Assembly (NCBI GenBank): GCA_964057225.1
Contig: OZ059897.1
Coordinates: 14,260,001 to 14,324,000, forward strand
Length of the DNA stretch: 64,000 bases
Direction of reading: 5' to 3'
Origin: Auanema rhodensis
Taxonomy: Eukaryota > Animalia > Nematoda
Part shown: piece by piece, positions 38,084-52,290 of the stretch
How the letters are laid out: each line of letters opens with the position of its first letter
Position numbering within the stretch: the stretch's first letter is position 1
Made by a program: the position numbers and the translations under genes
The notes under the pieces: model-generated
Seen by the model: the letters and a program-made list of their open reading frames with translations, nothing else
Database searches by the model: none
What the model was told of the DNA's origin: nothing

Positions 38084-41077
38084 ATGGGCTACAGGTTTTT
38101 AGCCCTCCTGATACTATTGCCTATAGCATCATGTACGCTGGAATGGTTCGATGAAAACCTTATTTTTTCATTCATTAACAAATCTCAAACTCTTGATGTT
38201 AGTGATGCCTGTCGTGTCAGCTTGAGTCGAGTAAGTTACTTGAATTCTTTTTCAGTTTGGCCGAATCTTCAAATTTTGAAATCTTATAGGTAGAATCATA
38301 TCTGAAAGATCAAGCTACTCTTGAAGCTCAACGAGTCTTCTTCTCTGAATCATTTGGAAAAGGACCATCTAACTTGTTCTTGTCAAGAGATCAAGATCGA
38401 TGGATTTACAAAGGATATGAATGCCTGCTAGCAGCTGGAGAAACAATTTATTCAAAATCTGAGCATCCTATGCATTACTGTTATACGTATGATGATGATG
38501 ATGAGCATGAGCTAAAAAGAAAGAACAAGCAATCTGCTTTGTCTGTTTGTATTCCAACCCCTTGTGCCAGTGATAATCCAAAGGTTTGTTCTCCTCAAAT
38601 TTCAAATTTTTATGAAATGCTCTTCAGCTTCTCCGCGAATGGAGACGTTTAATCGCTCCACAAGAAGATGCTCTTCCATTACCCGAAACAACATGTACTA
38701 AGTCTAGACATGAAAAGCAATGGTATGTCAATCAAATTTTGAAAATGTTTTATGAGTTTTTTCGCAAATATATGTTAACATCATATTTTCCCACTTTTCA
38801 AGAGTCACACATGTATATAATAAATTTATTTCGTTTCAGGTTTGAAATGTTTGTACCTGTTGCTGATTTGGCCTTCAACCTTTTACTTATGATGCTTGTT
38901 ATTATGGCTACAATCTTCCACCACATGAGAGGAGAACAAGTAAAGTACTGAAAATACGGAAGAAAATTCCATAAAATTACAAAAACTTATTTTTAGATCG
39001 TTCTCAGCTCAAGTTATGATGGCATTCTCATTAAAGAGAAATTTGAAAAAGCTTACAAGTCTGCCAAAAGATCCACAATCCTGTATCACTTGCCTCTGTG
39101 GTATTCGTGTATTATCTATGATTTGGACATTGGCAGGACATTCTTTTATCTTCGTTCAAGTTAGTTGAATTAAGCTTCTTATGCTCCATACAATGTAATG
39201 AACTTTGAATACAACATAACTTCATTTCAGGCTTATCTCGAGAATGTTCAAGACTACAAAGATGATCTTGTAGATAATTTTGAAAATCAATGGATTACCA
39301 ACTTTACACTTTCCGTTGATACTTTCTTGGTTCTCGGAGGAACTGTACTCTCATACAGTTGGTTCCGTAAATGGCTAAAGAATACCACAGGTGTGTATTG
39401 TAATTTTTTTTCTTTCAAATAGTAGTCTTTCAAATATTTTTCTATTAAACATTTTCATAAAAACATAAACTTTTTCAGAACCTGAGCCATCATGGACATC
39501 ATGGGGATATTGGCTTCGTTTTTACCGCCATCGTATTGTAAGATTATGGCCAGCTTACTTGTACACCATTATGTGTGTAACTCTTCGTATTTCAGTAAGT
39601 TTCAATGTACTTTCATATATTTTTTAAGTTATATATTATAAAATATGTAATAATATATCTTATTCAGTTTAAAATTCACTTTTTCTTTAAATTATTTTTC
39701 TATTTAGGTTACACATTTCCATCCAATGTGGCCACCAACTGATCCAGGAGTTCAATGCCCAAAGCATTGGTACGAGAACGTTTTGTTTATCAACTCTTTG
39801 TTCAACAATCGTTGTATGCCATGGACTTGGTACATTGGAACTGAGTTCATCTTCTATGTTGTCTCACCTATTTTCCTTCTTGTTCTTCGTCAAAGACCAA
39901 ATCTTGGATGGGTATGTAATTCATTATACCATATGAACTATCAAATTTTGAAAATTCTTTATGATATTCAAATATTCTTAATTTTTGTTTTAACTAATGA
40001 TTTTATAATTTTAGTACTATCATTCATTCAAAGTTTTTAATTTTTTTACTTTTCAGCTTGTATGTGTTGGAACTATTGCTGCCTCTGCTGGTTTGAATAC
40101 TTTGAAAATCGTTGAACGTAACTTCCCTCCCACTCAATTCTTGTGGAAACAACCAGAAATCTTCAACCCTAACTTCATTCAAGTGAATTTTGTTTTAACA
40201 TTAAAAAAAATTGTTTTTTTCAATTTATAGCATCATATTGAACTTTACATCAAGCCACAATATCGTATAGGACCTTACATTGTTGGAATTCTTTTGGGTT
40301 ACTATCTGGCCCGCTATCAAAGACAACCAGTTAAGCTTCCAAGAACCAATAAATTTAAAAGTGAATCTTTTTCTTTAAAGAAAGGTTTTAAGTATATAAT
40401 TTATTTAGTTGTTGGATGGTTAGTTGGATTATCCTGCTTCTTCTGGGGAATGTACGGTTTGTATCCAGCTCTTCAAGGATGGAACTGGCCAATTTACCAT
40501 TTGATTTATGGATCAATTCATAGGTAGAAATCATAAAAATTTATAATTACGCTATTTAAACAATAATTATTTCAGAGATGTTTATGCTATTGGTCTCAGT
40601 TGGATAATCTATGCATGCCATACCGATTTGGGAGGCTGGGTGAACCGAATTCTTAGTGCTAAGCCTCTTCTTCCTCTTTCAAATCTATGCTATTCTGTAA
40701 GATTTTACATTCATTTGCCTTCTTATTTCATCGAAAATAGCATTTACAAAATTGCATTATAGGCTTATCTTTTCCACATGATTCCTGTAGTCTTGACCTA
40801 TCTCTTAGCACCATTCCCATTCTGGTACAGCACTAAATGGGCTATTTTGGTAAGTTCTTGTCATCGTCAAGTCTAAGCTCATTATTCATTTCAGGCTCAT
40901 TGTGTCGCTCAATTAGCAATTTCATATCTTTTTGCTATTATCTGTACAATGACAGTCGAATATCCCGCTTTGAATATTGAACGAATTCTATTGGCACCTC
41001 GACCAAAAACGACGCTTAAGCCGGTCGTAACTGCTGAAGCCGACGAGCAGCTGAAGCCTCAATCAGCTAACTTGTAA
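38084..41077 (+). CDS. NRF-6/NDG-4-family (nose-resistant-to-fluoxetine) membrane O-acyltransferase, multi-exon
   Basis: Signal peptide MGYRFLALLILLPIASC, then a Cys-containing NRF-like ectodomain (ESFGKG..YECL..HYCY..VCIPTPC). Acyltransferase-3 motifs follow: ITCLCGIRVLSMIWTLAGH, NFTLSVDTFLVLGG, YRHRIVRLWP, CMPWTWYI, YIKPQYRIGPYIVG, LSNLCYSAYLFH, VEYPALNIE. Most like ndg-4 from memory, unverified. Confidence 0.92.
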
Positions 41078-42220
41078 TAGACATTTATCGGCTTTAACAA
41101 ACACACATACTCATAGAATTTTAAGTCCCAAATAAGGCCAATTCTCATATCTTTAATACTAAATGTTCTTTCGAAAATCTTTTTTTTTTCTTCCAAAAAA
41201 AAAACTATTCACTTTTTTTTACTCATCTCACATAGTTCTCTCGTTATGAACAGACATTCGGGTATTCTGTTAAGGGCTATCCTTCCGTTTCTGACATTGT
41301 CTTCCTAAATGTTTTTGTATAGAACTTTTGTTTAAGTTGTAGCATAATGTTAAGGCATAATTACTATTTTATGAAAATATTATTGCTAATATGCTACTTC
41401 TTTTCGTCTACTGTGATCACCAGAATAATTTCCCGCAACTAGCTTCTCAATAACTATCCAAAATCAACTTTCTTTCATGAAAATTGTTGTTGAAATATAT
41501 TTAGTACATAACAACTGTCCTCATATTGTTTTCGTAATAGCTCCTGAAGCTAAGACGATTTGTTCGTATTCCAGCTTTACCCCACCAGACAACATGCCCA
41601 CATAGGTTGAGCATAATATAAAACTGAAACTACAGTTTCAGGCTCCACCTTTCTCCCATTTTTTTTCATGTCTTTTAGATAATATCACTTATTTTAGGAA
41701 ATATCGATTTTTTCTGTAAATTCAATCAATTTTTTATTTTGAAAAATGATGTTAATAGTTTATTTTAATAATATTTTCTAAATTAAATTTTTTTTTGAAA
41801 TTCATTGAAGCAAAATAGAAAAGACAAGATTAACATATTTAAACGATTATTAAGCTAATGCTAAAATAAAAATAAATTTATGAAACAGATTTAAACATCT
41901 CTAACCATATTTGTTCCATTTACTATAATCTATAATTTGTTTTAAATGTTATTTTCATAACATATAGTAAAACAGGACCAATAAAAACAAAAAATCTCTG
42001 CTTAACCTAGAAAATACTCAATAAGGCATTAAATATTTCGAGGAAAAAGAATGAGAGAATAATTCTTTTTCAATCATTTAAAAATTCAATGGCAGTTTGT
42101 TTGGGAACAATATCATAAAACAATTATTTTAGATATTATATTTATTTTAATATTAAAATATAAAAAAAAAAGAAATAAATTTTATTATCAATCATTAATA
42201 AATATTTTCATAATATAACT

Positions 42221-43596
42221 TTATAGACTAGAAGTTTGACTTCTAGTTCGCACCAAAGCTTCTTGAGCTGCTGTTAGTATGAGGCGTCCATCTTCAGTCC
42301 ATAATCGACCATATGCTAATCCACGTCCAGCATCTAATAATTATTAATTGATTAAAGTAAAATAAAAAATATTATTACTTGATATCGGAGATGTACATTC
42401 ATATAATAACCATTCATCAGCTCTCATTTTATAATTATGAATCCAAACATTGTGATCTAATGAACAGATCAACGAAGATGTAAAGTTATTACTTTAAAAT
42501 AATTATTTATAAAATTTTAAAATTAAAAAAACATACCGAAGATGTGGATAAACTACACAACCAGAAATAATATCAGAATTATAACAAACTAATAAACTAA
42601 AATATTTAAATATAAAATTATTTTAAAAAAAATATTATTACCGATGGAGACTTTCACAATCCGTTGTCAATTCTCCATTACTTCTGAACCATGTACAGAT
42701 AGTTCGAGATGGATTTTCAGAAAAACCATAAGAATCAGGAGGATGACATGGCTTCATCTATAAAAAATAAAAAAAAAATAAAATTTATATATTCATATAT
42801 GAAATAACCTCAAATAAATCTGTTGAATAATCTCTTTCAGTAGCAACATATTTTAAATTGTTAGCCACAACAGGTGTAACATTAAGTTCTCCTTGAACAA
42901 AAAAAATTATTTTTTTTATCAGTTATATTATTTACCATCTAAAATTTGTTTATGTAACTTCTTTACTACTTCAGGAGTTGAGGTTAAATCTTTCCAATGT
43001 GGAACATTAGGCATTTTATCTTGATGAATTACGCTGTCACGTTCTACCTATTATAGTATTGAATCAGAATATTCAAGAAAAAAAACCAGATCGGTACGAA
43101 CTATATGAAATGAAACTTGAAGAGTAAAGCAAAGATTATTTTTTTGATAGGCTTCCACTTCACGTAGTGCAAATGATCTTCCATCTCGTTTACAAGCTAC
43201 ATGATATTCAATTGGAAAAGCAGTATTAACTAAAATATTATTTATAATTTGAATAATATTATAATATTATATACCTGCTGTTATAAAATATGAATGAATA
43301 CTATGAGGTTTTAAAACATTAATATCCACTGTTTTCTCAGCAACTGCTAAAGCCTTCAAATATAAACAAAACTTTAATTTAATCAAATAAGAATAAAAAC
43401 CTGTGAAAATATTAATCCACCATATGCTTGTACCTTAACACTATCAGATGTATTCAATTTATTAGTTCTTAATTATATAAGAATTATATTGATATATGAG
43501 TATGTTAACTGATTACCGATAAACATTCTTTTCAATTTCTTCAAATTCAAAGAACGATTTAGCTCGTTGTTCAAAACTTTGCTCTACTGATTGCAT
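42221..43596 (-). CDS. Acyl-CoA thioesterase II (ACOT8/TesB family), multi-exon
   Basis: Motifs YGGLIFSQALAVA, HSIHSYF, RDGRSFALREV, VSFH, SLDHNVWIH, ADEWLLY and GRGLAYGRLWTEDGRLILTAAQEALVR. Ends SSL*, a PTS1-like tail. A possible upstream exon lies at 43733-43779. Confidence 0.92.
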
Positions 43597-46385
43597 TGCA
43601 GATGATTGAAATTTAGGTTTACAAGTGATAGGACTATGACCTGAAATCACACATAATTCTATTTAAAAAAAAAAGAAAAAAAGAAAAGAAAACGATTTAT
43701 CAGAAATATAGAAGATTTCAAATATATTTAACCTAAGTTGAAGTCTTAAATAGGAACTTAATAGGAATTTGACGAACATTATTGAATTAAATGAAAAATT
43801 TAAAGACTAAACTACAGGATAGTCGTTAAATTCATGTTTTATATTCGTAGTATTGAAACGAAACTACAGAAAAGATGACAAATTAGAGATTTTCTTTACA
43901 TAGATATTATCATATCAATGTACAAAGTCCAAACCCTTTGTTAAAAATTGAAGAAAATACAAATATATACAAGATAATAGAAAAATAAATTTTGAACGCA
44001 GTGTTTCACACTCTCAAACATATGTTTTAAATTTTTCTTATCATGATTACTTCAATATCATATAGAGATGGAATAGGAAGAATTATTCGTACTATTTCTA
44101 AATGATTTATGAAAATAAATTCAATTGAGATGCTAAAAACTTAATTATAATAATAAAATATATGTTATGATTAGCTATTAGTATTATATATTTTCAAATT
44201 AAACTTTAAACTAACATGACAATATTTTGGTGGTCTGATTCGTTATGGTCCTGATTAATCTTGAAATCTGATGATTTATCATGAGTAGAATAATTCAATA
44301 GATAACTAAAACGTTTCTTTCATACGAAAAAAATCTGAATTAATTTTAATTATTAATACAGAAATAATACAAAAACTTTAAAATTTCTGTGTAAAACAAT
44401 AGAAATTTATGTTTTTCTAATATATTATAAATACATTTGATAAAGTATTTATAAATAAAAACATAAATATAAAGAAATTTTTAGAAATAATGAAAAGAAA
44501 AAGTTTACAGTTAAGTTGAAGATAATATGCATTAGTAAAGATGTGAACTTTGTACCTTGAACGAGGATATTATCTTACATTAGTGAAATACGCAAACAAA
44601 AGGAATATTTTTTTATTTAATTATTAAAATATTTAATAGAATTCTATGTTAAGCTTATTTATAGAAATCTATTAAGTTTTTATTTTTTTTGTCAAATAAA
44701 ATAAGATTTGGAAAATCTAAAAAAAGTGTTTTGTTATTTTTTTATTGGCAAGATGTGATATGTCTTTAACATCCACGCATCTTTATCTGATCTGATCTGA
44801 TTTTATTTATTTTTTTTTATTAAGAAATGCCACCTAAACTATACAAAATAGTGAATTTAGGCAAATATACAAATAAAAATTAATTATTTACATAAGAAAT
44901 TCATTCACTTCCCATCTTAACTGATATGTTGACGTCTTATCTGATCGTTTTTCTTAAAAGAAAAACTGCGTACAGGCATTGTTTTATTTAATTTCGAAAA
45001 ATTCTAGTAACATAGGGATTTTCTGGATGTTTTATTTTAATAAAATATTGTATTTTTATTTGAAAATTATAAATATATAATTGTATTAATAAAATATTTT
45101 TTAATAATTAAAATACATATACCATATTAAATATTATACAAATTTAATAAAAGTCGATATTTATATTAATAATTTATTTATATAATATATAAATATTTAA
45201 TTAATTAATATGTATTATACAAAAATATTTTTTTTATTTTATTTAAAAAAAATGAAAAAATCTGTAATGTTACATAAGAACAAACATCATTGTAGTTTTT
45301 TATAAGTTTCATTGAATGATGATAAAAGAATGAAATGAAGCAGAAATACTATTATCAATCATTGTTATTTGTTTTTGTTAAAAAAAATTCTTTCAAAGAT
45401 ATAAATTAAATTAAAATATTCCAATAAATATATATTTTATAATAATATCATAAAGTTTATTTTGGTTGAAAAAATTAACAAAAATACAAGTTTTATATGA
45501 GATACAGATATAAAAGTTTAAAAAGAAAACAAATAACAATGTTTGAAATTAACAATTAAAATTGAAATCTATTTAGAAATTATTCTTTCTTATTTAGCGA
45601 ATTTCTTCATGAAAACTTAAAAAAAGCTCTTTTTTTGATAAAAACCTGATGTTTCATAGATGATAATTACTGAAGAGTTTCAAGACATAACCTTCGTTCC
45701 ATATCTAGACGACGTCAGCTGTTTAATGATCCGAGGATGCTGGCCGATTTGATTCTTCATCATTACATTTTTCCAATTTAGATGAAAAGGGTGATGTATG
45801 TCGACCAATTTCTTCTTGTCCTCTAATCATTTGACAGTTCCAACAATACTTGCCCATTTTCTTTTATATTCTTCGACCATCATTGATTTTACTTATGATG
45901 GCTTTAACTAATTAAACATTAAATATTTTAAATAATCTTATATAAACATGTTTTAACTATATATAAACTTATATATATTATAATAAATATCTGAAGTATT
46001 TTTTGTTTCAATTAACGCTACTTTTACTATACTACTTCATCTTATATGATACTAATTTAGATAATTCTTATATATATTGGATATGCTATCTAATACTTAT
46101 TAAAAGAAAAACATCTTAATTAACTTATTCATCTTCTTAAATTGTTTTTCTTTTAAAATTTAACATTTGAAAAGTTTTGTTGTAGTAGATTTTAGATGAA
46201 GTTAGGGGTCGACGCGAATAAACGAGTTCTCATTTGTCTCGCTATCAAAATTGTTCCGATAGCATCAATTAATATAACCTACAATCAAAGAATAATACTA
46301 ATACAAAATTACAATTCTTTATTAATTTTTAAAATATTTTTTTTTTAAATAATAATTAATTTTTGTTTCATTTAAATTAGGTTTT

Positions 46386-49193
46386 ATGATTAAACTCATT
46401 GCACCTCTTCTGCTGATTCATCATATTTGGGCTACTGCCCCAGGTACAAATGGTGATTTATCAAATCCAAAATTTGCTGAAGAATTAAATAAGGAAGCAA
46501 AGGTATAATTTTTATTTAAACAAACATTTATTTTTTTTTATAAATATTATAGATTTATCTAACACGTTTTGGATATTTAAATCCAACATTGAAAGATGGA
46601 AAAGTCCAAGAGCCATCAAAAGAGGAAACAGAAGATGGATTGAAGTTTTTATTGTTTTGATAAACTTATTTTAATTTTTTTTTAGAAAATTCCAGAAGTC
46701 ATTCTTATTCTATTCATCTGGTCTCATTGATGTTCCAACCCAAGCTAAATTTTCAGAATATCGTTGTGCTAATAGAGATATGTATAAAGGAAATCGTTTG
46801 AAAAGTAAAAAACATATTGGAACCAAATGAGAAAATTTTCTAAAATTTTTTTGTTAGACTTACCAAAATCTGAACTTTGGAATAAGAAAACATTATCATG
46901 GAATATTACATCATTCCCAACTGCATTAACTCATGAACAGACCAGGTTTTACACTCAAAGAATACAGAGTTCAAAAAAAAAATTATTTGTAGGGAAGTCT
47001 GTGATGAAGCTTTTGATAAATGGCATAAAGCAACTGGTGTCAATTTCATTGAAGTTAATAATGCTTCAAAAGCAGATATCGTAATTAGTTTCCAAGATAT
47101 TCCTGATGTCTTTATGAATGGTATATTCAATATACTTTACTTTCTAATATCTTAATATTCAAGTTGTTGGAGCTGCTTCAAAGCCTAAAGATGGACAAAT
47201 TATTTTTGATAAACATCGTTTATGGGGATATAGACAACATATTCCAGTTATTATATTCTTATATAAATAATTATTTGATTTCTATATGTTTAGCAAGGAA
47301 TTTCACTTTTCCATTCATTGCTTCATGAAATTGGTCATTCGTTAGGTCTTCATCATTCTTTCTATAGAGGGTAAAGGATTTTTTTAAACTTTTTTTCTTT
47401 AACATAAAAGTTATCAGATCGATCATGTTTCCAATTTTCAAACCAGCTCTAGTGCCCTATGGAACTCTAGATGATGTTCCAAACATTGATCGAGTCAAGT
47501 ATCGTCGTTTATATGGTGAGTTTAATGAATTCTTTTGTAAAATATCAAAAAGTTATGCCAAAAATCAATAAGAAAATTTCTTTAAAATAATTTTTTTGTA
47601 ATTAAAAGTTTTTGTTGTAAAGCAATGCTAAAATAACCGATCAGTACTCGAGAAATTATAAAAATAAATAATAATTAATACAACTTTCATGTAAAAATGT
47701 TCCTACATATGAATGTTTTTCTTGGAAAATATCTGAAATTCTAAGAAATGAAAAGACAAATTCAAGATTTTTCAAGCTACTGATTGATGTGTTGCAAATG
47801 ATATGAAAGTGGGAGAGAGAGAGAATGAAAGCTTATCCACGTGAGGTCCACATTCTGCTGCTTGTCCTTTAATTTCTCAAAGAAAAATTGATCTGATAAC
47901 ATGCTGCTCATTGAATTTTTTCCCACATTCTCGTGTTTTTTGGAACATTTCTCTTTAATATTTCTTTCTCTATCCGAATTCTTCATCTGAAAAATTGCTC
48001 CCCGCGGCAGATTTTGCGTGGCACAATGAGACAGTCTCACATTCTCTATCAAATTTTAAACTCTAGAATGTTTCTGACATTTATATTTCTTTTAATAACT
48101 TCCGGTAAGTTTTTATTATTCAGTGTTAACATAAATTAAAATATGCTATTCATATAACATAATTATATTATTTGTATAATGATAAATTAGAAATATTTAA
48201 GGTTTAAGTCAAGATCTAGATAATAACGAGATACTGGTCACAGACGACAACGAATCTTCAAAGTGCCCCAAGCTCACTGATTCTTTCTCAGCAGGTGAAT
48301 ATGATATCTCGTGAAGTTACTGAAATTCTTTGGCCTTCTTCTGATTACTTTGATGGTTTCATGTTTTCAATTAAAATTTCAGTGTCTCCTACTGATTGGC
48401 TTCTGTTCAGAGGAGATAAAGTGTTTGATGTAAAAGAAAGAAAATTCGTTAACAATGGACGAAAGATTCAGAGTGTATTTTTACAACAAAAATGATTTTA
48501 GCGAATCATATTAATTCTATTATTTAAGGTATTTCCTAAAGGACCAGAATTTGTTAATGCTACTGTATCAAGTCATGGACTTTTCTTCCTTTTTACTGAA
48601 AGAACAATTTATGGATATGAATATGATGGAGTAGCATTTACGTAAGCAAAAAAAAAAAGATTTTCTTTCCTCTTTTTTTCTTTTTTAAAACTTTTTTTTA
48701 GAGAAGCACGTGACTTCCCACGTGAATTACATGAGCGTGTTCTGTTTTATCCCCAGGGAGCATTTCCCTTGAATAACGGCAGTGTTATTCTTCTGTCTGT
48801 AAGTTTGCAAATCTTTCACCGAACAGAAAAAGAAAATAAAGAAAACGAAAATAAGATTCATCTCAACAATATCTTCTATTTCGATCTTTTTTTCTTAAAT
48901 TAATTTGTTTTCTTCTCTAGGGAAATGTTTTTGCCACATATGATGTTATGGAAAATGCTCCATCGTTTTTGAATGATAAGAATAGGTATTTCCCAAATCT
49001 GCCAACAGATTTGAAGTCTGGAATTCCTAAAGATAGTAGCTTTGAGAACTACTGGATGTTTGATGAATCCACGGTAATTATAAACACATTATTCGAAATA
49101 TTACTTCATATCTCTTTTCAGGTTTCTGATTATGATATGGCTGAGAAGCAAGTAACACAACTTCAGTCATTACCAGAGTTTCTTAAATGCTAA
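46386..49193 (+). CDS. Matrix metalloproteinase (M10A, zmp-like) with hemopexin-like C-terminus
   Basis: Signal peptide, then pro-domain YLTRFGYL...KKFQ...YRCANRD and WNKKTLSWNI. Zinc motif HEIGHSLGLHH and Met-turn SIMFP are present. Hemopexin-like repeats follow (WLLFRGDKVF, IQSVFPKGP..VNA) with a terminal Cys. Confidence 0.9.
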
Positions 49194-49640
49194 TAAGAAA
49201 GAAAATACATTTCAATTATACATACAAAGTTTTAAAACATTTGCATATTGTATGATAATTAATAATAAAAGATTTTAAAATCAATAAAATAGTAATTTAA
49301 TAAACTTTTCGAAGAAAGCTGCTTATTACTATAATAAAGTTATATGTAAATCCAAACACTTAATCATTTATGTATTCATTAAACGCATGATTACATAATT
49401 TATAAACTATTTCTTAGAAAAACGAATGAAATATTTCTTCAAATTTTCAAAAACCATTACTGGAAAATATGAAATAATTCTTTTTAATTAATTTTCAATA
49501 GGCTGATCATTGAATTAAAATAAATTTATATTACATATACATCAACATATACATATTAAACAGTAAAACAAACAATTAAATAACTTTTTTTAAACTTCTA
49601 TGATAATGCTGAACTATGCTTAACTATGCGCTTACAAACA

Positions 49641-50984
49641 TCATATTTTTATATCATTTTGTAGTGTTTCTCTTGTTGTATTAGATACTGTTGTTAATTG
49701 TTTTGTATGTGCTTAAAATATATAATTATAAATTATAATAAAAATATAAAATATTACTTCTTTGGAATATTCGAAATAGTCGCTTTATTGCTTGTCTATA
49801 AGGTTTTGTTGCTGTTAGTAGTATAACATGACTCAAAGTGCTATGCTGAGCTATAACAAGCATTAGTCCTCGAGTAATCACTTGAAACAAAGATTATATT
49901 AAGAAATGCTATAATGAATATTCTTACTTGGCATATCTAAGCTAAAAATAATTAAACCAAATATAACAATTGTTGGTAAAAGTACAGTTATGCAGACAAT
50001 ACCAGTCTAAACAATATTCAATTAATATTAATAATATTAAGGATTATATTTATAATAAAACATTAAAAACCTGTGTAAATATAGCTTGAAGAAGAATTCT
50101 ATTCACTTCTCTTGTATGTTTTGAAAATCTAATGAGACTATGATGCCAATATTGAAAACTGATTTTCCATAAGCCAGCTAATAAAGATATACATATAAAT
50201 ATTCCTATTAGAACTAAACAGAATACAACATCTATTTGTTCCATATAAAATACAGTAATTGAAGCTGATTCAAAGAATTCTGATTTACATATATTCTTTT
50301 TCTGTAATATATACATATAGTATATATTTATATAATAATAATTTATTAATTACAAACCGCTAAAGTAAGAAGTTTAGCATTATTTTGACTTGCAGGAAAA
50401 GCTAATAAACCAATACATCCCATACATAAACTTCCACCAATATAAATTATAAAATATAATTTAAATTCATACATTTGAAATTTAGATAAAAAATGATTAT
50501 CAGGTAATATACGTAATAGTATATAATAAAGCATATGAATATAAGTTGATAACATTACTTAAAATATTAATTTATTTTAAATTTTAAATTTATTTATTTT
50601 ACTGAATGTAACAGTTCCCATAAGAATAATTCCAGCTCTTGCTGATAAAAAAAATCTAAAAAAGCCCAACTGTTCGAAACCATAAACTTTAATAAGAGTG
50701 TCAAATGAAGTGAAAAGTGTATGTAATGTTTCAAATAGCTCACACCTTTAAATAAAATATTAAAAATAAATAAAAAATAAATAAATGTTATCAAACCATA
50801 TGATATGATTAACTATAATAAATCGATAAAATCTTAATAAGTTAGGTGATTTAAATAATATAATATATGCAGTAAATGTAAAACTGATTACTGATAATGT
50901 AAAAGATATTCTCATTAAAGCTCTATATGTAGTTGAATCAAGTCGATCAAGCGTTGTACAGAAGTGATCATCTATCTTAGACAT
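49641..50984 (-). CDS. Serpentine chemoreceptor (Srh/Sri-like 7TM GPCR)
   Basis: Hydrophobic exons in phase: YIILFKSP, S.HTREVNRILLQAIFTQ, and the family-type QHSTLSHVILLTATKPYRQAI before the C-tail. No stops or frameshifts in the exons I checked. Confidence 0.82.
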
Positions 50985-52290
50985 AGTTAACGAGATAGAT
51001 TGACTACACTGATTTCATATAAGTTAAGTTTTAGAATAATAAATAATAGTATTATGAGATTATTAATATGAAATAAATGTATATATCAATGAAAGTATTC
51101 ACATATGCATTTCTTATTATATAAAGAAACAGCTGAATTGGCATATATGCATATATGTTTTATCTACAATATCACTAATCTTAATTATATAAGTTATTTA
51201 TGTTTCTAATTATGTATAAATTTGAACAATAAACAAAATTTATATAACGTAAACAAAATAAAATAATTGGAATTAATATGAAAATAAATAAAAGATTTAT
51301 AAAATGTTGAGATACAACAGCTCATGCTATACGATATTATGCAAATTGAAGTTGAATAACTAATCTGAAAGCATATGAACAATATATTATTATTATTATC
51401 ATATATAATCATTATTTTCTCATATATCTGTATGTTATTAAAAGAAAAAAAAATTTTAAAATATACATTGAAATTGGAAACTAAAATCTGTTACTAAGGT
51501 ATATATTTATGTATTATATGTGTATAAGATTAGTCATTTTCAGAATATTGAAAGATAAGCATTTCAAAGATCACAGATTAGTATTAGAGTTATCAACTGA
51601 CAAAGCATTTTTGGTGTTTTATCAAATATTCTTATACTGATAACTTGAAATTAATTACAAAAAATTTTAATTAACAGTTCAAATTTTATTTTATATTTTA
51701 GTTGTTTATATTGAATAGAAATAATAGAAATTATAAACTTAACTATAATAAATTTTAAATATTCAATTCTTTATGCTTTGATGTTATATTCAAGGTTGCT
51801 TCTGAAGTAAAGCTGTTTTCAAACTTGGAAAATGTTCAATTTTTTTTTTAAATTCTTTTTTTTTTTCAAAAATTAAAATAATAAATTAAAAATATTCTTT
51901 TAAAAGAATATTCGATACAATTTTATTAAAAATAGAATTATAGAAGAAAACTTGAATAGTTGTTTTTGGAATTATTCAAATCATAAGTAATAGTTAAATT
52001 TCTTATCTTTCAAAGTGTGACGTAACGACTATGGACTGGATGATTTTTCCCAACAGATATAAGATATAATAGAAAAATAATATCAAATTTTCAGTTTTTA
52101 TTCGAAATTGTTGTTTTTTTCTTTTATAATTTTATGTAAATCTCATTATTTGTTCAGATGTTAATAAATCATCGATAAAAATGAATTATTTTCAATAAAT
52201 ATATGTTTATGTTTATAAAAATAAATAATAATTCTTTCATATATTTTTAAAGTTTTTTCATTTAAATTCGGAATATAAATCTTCCAGATT

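Noticed and set aside
42227-42247. Perfect 9-bp inverted repeat just before the thioesterase stop codon
   Set aside because: Short and AT-rich, with no evidence of function.
45690-45885. Minus-strand KRKWA.. fragment reminiscent of an RTE retrotransposon C-terminus
   Set aside because: Similarity is limited to a few residues across stops and frame changes.
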